Positions 59,601 to 64,000 of a stretch of 64,000 bases of DNA are shown piece by piece; position 1 is the stretch's first letter; each line of letters begins with the position of its first letter. Under the pieces are notes generated by a model. The model did no database searches. It saw only the letters and a program-made list of their open reading frames with translations, and was not told where the DNA came from. The translations under genes were made by a program, and so were the position numbers. Origin of the DNA: Lama guanicoe. Lineage: Eukaryota. The DNA is taken from the NCBI GenBank assembly GCA_013239625.1, contig MU053379.1:2462866-2526865 (forward strand). The letters run 5' to 3'.

Positions 59601-62600
59601 TTTCAGAAACCCTGTGCTTCGGATGTCAGTCTCAGTGCCAACAGCCAGCAACAGCCACTGTCCTGTCTCACAGGAAGTCACACCCCTCAGCCCCGGGGGA
59701 CTCCACCAGGGGTGCACCCGGCCCAAGCCCCCCCACCCTCACCCCAAGCACTGCTGCTGTGGGAAGGTGACCAACCCATCCCAGTTTACTGATGGCTTTT
59801 CTGGTTTTAGCACCAACAGTCCGATGTCCTGGGCACCTTCTCAGTCCCAGACAAACGGGGACAGTTGGCCAGCCTAACTGCATGTTCAGGCCCACACAGT
59901 GGAACTGGCAACGTGGAGAGGAGGGAAAAACCTGCAGTCAGACGACTTGCCCAGTCCGCCTCCAAGGGAAGGGTATTGGACGCTTCATATCATAAACGTA
60001 ACACCTTTCTAGTGAAATGTCATTTTTGGTGGAAGTGCCGTTGATTGCACTAGATGTCCTGAAAGATGCGCTCCCAGGGCTGCTGCCAAATCGCTCCCCC
60101 CTTTCCCAACGGTTATCATACCTTTCACCGTGGTTGCCAAGTTCCAGTGGCCAAAGGTGGGAGACAACGACACCCTCTTCACCTCCCTTTTGGTATCGTC
60201 TTCATGTGTGCAATTCACATTGTTTCCACAGGGAAAAGGCAAACCTTGCCATTACCCTCCACAATGACCAGGAGGAGATCATGGCCCAGGCCACCTTTCT
60301 GGACTATCCCAACTGGAATATCGCCCGGCAGCATGACTGGGTGTCCGTGTTCCGGGAGCTGGACAGTGAAATCCCGTGCACAGTAAGTAACCACGCACCT
60401 TCCTCCTTAGAACAGCCTGGATTTTGCAGGGGAAAATGTTTGCATATATATCTTTCTAGTTTGTAGACTGAGCAGTTCAAAACTCAGAACAGAATGTATA
60501 AGACATGATGGACAGAAATGGAATTAGCTGGTGGGGAGGGAAGGGGGATCTGAGAGCAAGAGGCCTCGGAGGAGGACCATGACGGAGCAAGGAATTAGTG
60601 GGAGGGTCAGGACGTGGCTTCCCAGGTCTCCAAAGCCTTCGGCCTGCTGGGAGGGCTCTTGCCATTTACACATTTGCCCCCGTAAAAGGCAACAGAGCCT
60701 CAGATCCAAGTCATGCTCTGTAATTTTCAAAGTGCCCTCGTGGACTCTGGCTCATCTGATGTCTTCTAGCAGTGGACACGTTACAGACAATCTGTCGATG
60801 AACCAGCGGTTCCCAGGGACTTGGGCTTTGGTAGCTGGTGCCTGTCAGGGCCAGGCCAGCATCTGGCTCCAGCTGCTGCAGAGAGACAGAGGCTGCCCCT
60901 GTCAGCGGAGCTCCGGAGCGTGTCCTCCCCGCAGCCGGGGGAACGCAGGTGGCGGGAATGAGTGCGTTCGCGCATGCGCACAAACAGGCCCCGCCCCGCG
61001 CCGCCCACATCTGTTCAGGGAGATGGTGCCTCCCCCTCGTCCCCTGGGCTCTGCGCTCCCTGTTACCACTGTCAGGAAAATTATCTCCAACGTGGAAATG
61101 CACCAAAAAGAGCCTTTCAGGCAGTGCTTGTACCTTTGAGCGATTTTCCGTTGACTGGGCTGTTTTCCAATTCCGTAGGAACACTGATTAGATTGTCGAT
61201 TTTTGTCTGTTTGAGATGTAAATGGCTTCTGTCTGGTGGAGGAGATAACCTCAAAGGCTACAGTTTCTGGCCCAGGGGGACAGGACCTCTTTTGTATCTA
61301 ACCCCACAATCTTCTAATGTTCCCTCGTCAAACTGCCTGAAGCCCGCCTCTCGAGGGCAGGGAATCGCTGGGTTTTTTTTGTTTTTTTTCTTTAATCATC
61401 TCGCTAGTTGCCTCCCAAATTGATGGGTTGAATCAATCTCTGATACGTGCATATGGTATTTGCATTATGGGTCATGATTTTACCTTTTTGAAAATTATAA
61501 ATTAACACCGTTTTTCATAAACTGTTCTCTTAAGAGTGCTTCTTTAAAACTACTTCCTAGAGCAGTACAGAGGTAGACTGTCTGGTAAGGTGGCCACCAG
61601 CCATACGTAGCTCTTGAGTGCTTGAAATGTGGCTCGTTTGACTGAGCTGAGCTGTTAGGATAACGTATACATGGACATCAAATACTTAGTAGGAAAAAAA
61701 AGTACCAAATGCAATTCGTGTGCCGGACACACGTTGAGGCCAAACAAACTGGACTGTCGGAGTTTGGAGCAGAGAAAAGTTTATTGCAGGGCCGAGCAAG
61801 GAGGGCAGGTGGCTTGTGCGCCCAAACCCCAAACCCTGCCCCTTCCCAGTGGTTTCAATAAAGCATTTTTAAAGGCCAAGTGAGGGAGGGGTGGCCCTGG
61901 GTAGTGATCAGCTGTGCACAGTTCTTTGATTGGCTGATGTAGGAGTAACAGGGCAGTCAACACTATCAACCCCTAGGCACCAGAAGGTCTGGGGGGGCCA
62001 CTGCTCGTGATCATTAAGTAGTTAATTTCCATTTGGTGGTGGTTTTAGCCTCTGAAAAACTCAGGGCGTATATGTGAGATGCTATTACCTGGGTAGTTCA
62101 GAGAGGAGCTGCAGCAGGGGACACGTCTGTCCCAGGAAGACCCCTATAGGGTCCTGCTCGGTTCCAAAAAGAGTGTAAAATGCCTCACTGACAAGTTTTA
62201 TGTTGACTGCTTCTTAAAGGCTAATAAGTTGAATATGTTAGGTTAAGTAAAATGTATTAAAATTAATTTCACCAGTTTATCCTTGCTCCTTTCTTTATAT
62301 GTCTACTAGAAAGTTTAAAACCACATATATGCTGAGCATTTGTGACTTGAATTATTTCCTATTAGACAGCATTGGTGTAGAGCCTTAAGGCTTAAGATAT
62401 TACCTACTCCAGGGGCATCTGCCACTGAAGTGATGAGTTTTACCATAAAGCCAAGGAATAACTAGTGAACTATAATATGTTTGATGGAAGAGAGAATTGA
62501 GGAGCTAAATCAGCCCAGTAGCAAGCCATGTGCTCCTAAGGCTTGTCCTGTTTAGAATGTAAAGCCGGTGCTGTGGGATTAGGGGAGTCAGTCCGTGGGA

Positions 62601-63716
62601 AGCGCCCACATTGCTGCCACCTGCGCTGTCGCTGTTGTTTTCTGGACTTTGGGGTTCGTGTTATTTGCCTTGGGGTAGTTTTCAGGCTGCTGAACCAAAC
62701 TCATGATTCTTCTCTCACCATTTTATGCCTGGTAAACACTCCTTGTGAGCGTTCCCAAGGCACGTGCCACCCCGCCGGAGGGAAGACCAAGGCACATGGT
62801 GTGCAAGGTGTCGCCTAAGGCCATGTATAAAACTGCTCAGAAAACGAGACACAGACAGCGCGCCTGTTGTCCGGGTCAGGTGCAGGCGCTGCCCTCAGCA
62901 CTCAGCCACTTCACGTTTGCAGGAGCTCCAACGTTTGAGGATTTGCCCCTAAACACGAGGGTCTGAGCTGAACAGACCAATGTGTGGATGTCTGGAGCAG
63001 TTCTCATTACTGACCACTTAAGAAGTCTTCAGAAGTTTAGGGGCAGAGCTCTTTAAAAACTCAGAAGATTTAACCTGAAAGTCATGTTAGACTTACACTC
63101 CTGTGAGTTCTCCGCTCCCAGGTTTTCTGGATCCGGAAAGTGGTATCTGATTCTGATTCGGATTGTTGAACAAAACAAGCCACTGGATTCCTAACATGGT
63201 GCCTACCTTCCATCCTCCAGATTCATGAGAGTCTTTCCCTCGTGTTCCTTGAATAGAGCAGCAGCTGCTGACTCAAGAGGCTCGGGGGAAGGGTGATTGT
63301 CTGTCACTTGGCAGAGACACCCTGCGGACAAGGCCACTGAGTTAATAATCGATTTCATTCCCTCGCTCGCGCAACCCCACCTGTGGCCGGTAGTGAGGGC
63401 AGCGGGGAGGGCTGGATGCGCTGAAGTCGTTAAGATTCCTGTTTCCTTGAAAAATCCTGGGCTGGGAAGACAGAGAGCGGCTTGAACCCTGCCTGGGCAT
63501 CTCCTCACTTCAGATGTAAAATATCGTCCCCAGGAACCAGGCAGCTCGGTGCTGTGGCTGCCCCTCCACCCTCCTCCCGCCCCTGCTCTGCTCCGACAGC
63601 CCGATTGCTGACTCAGTCGCATCCTCTTTTCTTCCACAGCCTCTGAACACGCTGTTCATGCACCTCTTTGTGGCCGTGGATGAGTATTCTGTCGGCTGCT
63701 GCAAAGAGATTATTCG
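47505..63716 (+). CDS. CFAP61: Cilia- and flagella-associated protein 61 (C20orf26), 5' partial spliced CDS; continues beyond the window
   Basis: join(47505-47647,60232-60382,63640-63716) is in frame: MSILTSPRGKAEVVHCRRT...LL-EKANLAITLHNDQEEIMAQATFLDYPNW...IPCT-PLNTLFMHLFVAVDEYSVGCCKEII. Canonical GT-AG introns. Confidence 0.93.
49050..54720 (+). mobile_element. Long degraded old L1 (ORF1/ORF2 remnants) with nested MaLR LTR pieces (~50270-50770, ~52200-52450)
   Basis: A-rich L1 tracts and an endonuclease-like peptide LNLCAPN...LIMGDLNIPL. MLT-type 'ttgttgctttaagccactgagctttggggtggtttgtcacac...gataact'. Confidence 0.7.
54850..55600 (+). mobile_element. L2 LINE 3' fragment
   Basis: Ends 'gcttagcacttggtagatgttcaataaatgtttgttgcatgaatgaatgaatg', a classic L2 tail. 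Confidence 0.75.
55617..56029 (+). mobile_element. ERV1-type solo LTR
   Basis: TG...CA termini, 4-bp TSD ACTG (55613-55616 and 56030-56033), CCAAT box and TTTAAAA. Homologous to 61701-62166. Confidence 0.8.
58185..59725. repeat. Long inverted repeat: arms ~58185-58503 and ~59408-59725, spacer ~900 bp
   Basis: Left tgggccgggtgcacccctggtggaatcccccggggctgaggggtgtggcttcct versus reverse complement of the right arm tgggccgggtgcacccctggtggagtcccccggggctgaggggtgtgacttcct. Colinear over ~320 bp. Confidence 0.92.
60232..60382 (+). CDS. CFAP61: CFAP61 second coding exon
   Basis: EKANLAITLHNDQEEIMAQATFLDYPNWNIARQHDWVSVFRELDSEIPCT; CAG acceptor, GTAAGT donor. Confidence 0.94.
61570..62375. mobile_element. 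MER33-like hAT relic split by an LTR insertion
   Basis: 'gtggccaccagccatacgtagctcttgagtgcttgaaatgtggct...tcaaatacttagtagg' resumes as 'gagtgtaaaatgcctcactgac...tattagacagca' after the LTR. Confidence 0.65.
61701..62166 (-). mobile_element. ERV1-type solo LTR (antisense)
   Basis: Reverse complement aligns by eye with 55617-56029. Has AATAAA (tttatt at ~61780) and CCAAT on the minus strand; AAAA flanks as candidate TSD. Confidence 0.8.
63640..63716 (+). CDS. CFAP61: CFAP61 third coding exon
   Basis: PLNTLFMHLFVAVDEYSVGCCKEII; CAG acceptor, GTGAGT donor. Confidence 0.93.
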
Positions 63717-64000
63717 GTGAGTGGCTGCAGCCTTGCAGACGGTGACACCTGGAGGGGGGTGAGCTGGCAGTCCCCCATAGACAAAAATGTGTGGATGTCT
63801 TTATCCCTGTGGAGGGTTAAAAAATATTTTTAAAGGATGTGAAATTCTTTGAGGTGTTCAATCTGCTTGTCACTTGCGGCTCTATTAAAGCATTTACTTT
63901 GAATAGCGTGTATTTCTGAAAGGAAGCCATCCTTCCTTTGAATGGACGCACCTTCCACACATGCCTCCAACTGCTATCGTTGGAGGAAAACAGGTCATTT

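Noticed and set aside
60531..61423. Overlapping 117-202-aa ORFs in a CFAP61 intron
   Set aside because: No recognisable domain. The CFAP61 frame is already continuous between 60382 and 63640.

Overview
Mammalian genomic DNA (very likely a camelid, judged from two vic-1-like tRNA-derived SINEs), syntenic with human 20p11.23. Four spliced genes are present: the last coding exon and 3'UTR of RIN2 (+), complete NAA20 (+, 6 exons, 178 aa), complete CRNKL1 (-, 14 exons, 693 aa) and the first exons of CFAP61 (+). CRNKL1 and CFAP61 share a bidirectional CpG-island promoter. The rest is introns and intergenic DNA filled with L1, L2/MIR, hAT (MER) and ERV solo-LTR relics; nearly all ORFs in the supplied track are spurious. 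The most notable observations are: a non-canonical GA donor at CRNKL1 intron 8; two U12 introns in adjacent genes (GT-AG in NAA20, AT-AC in CRNKL1); patchy AT-to-GC drift that reaches conserved CRNKL1 residues; a ~320-bp-arm inverted duplication in CFAP61 intron 2; frame-broken remnants of the human CRNKL1 long N-terminus; and an L1 in the CRNKL1 3'UTR. No convincing novel multi-gene system was found. Comparisons with human proteins are from memory and need verification by alignment.
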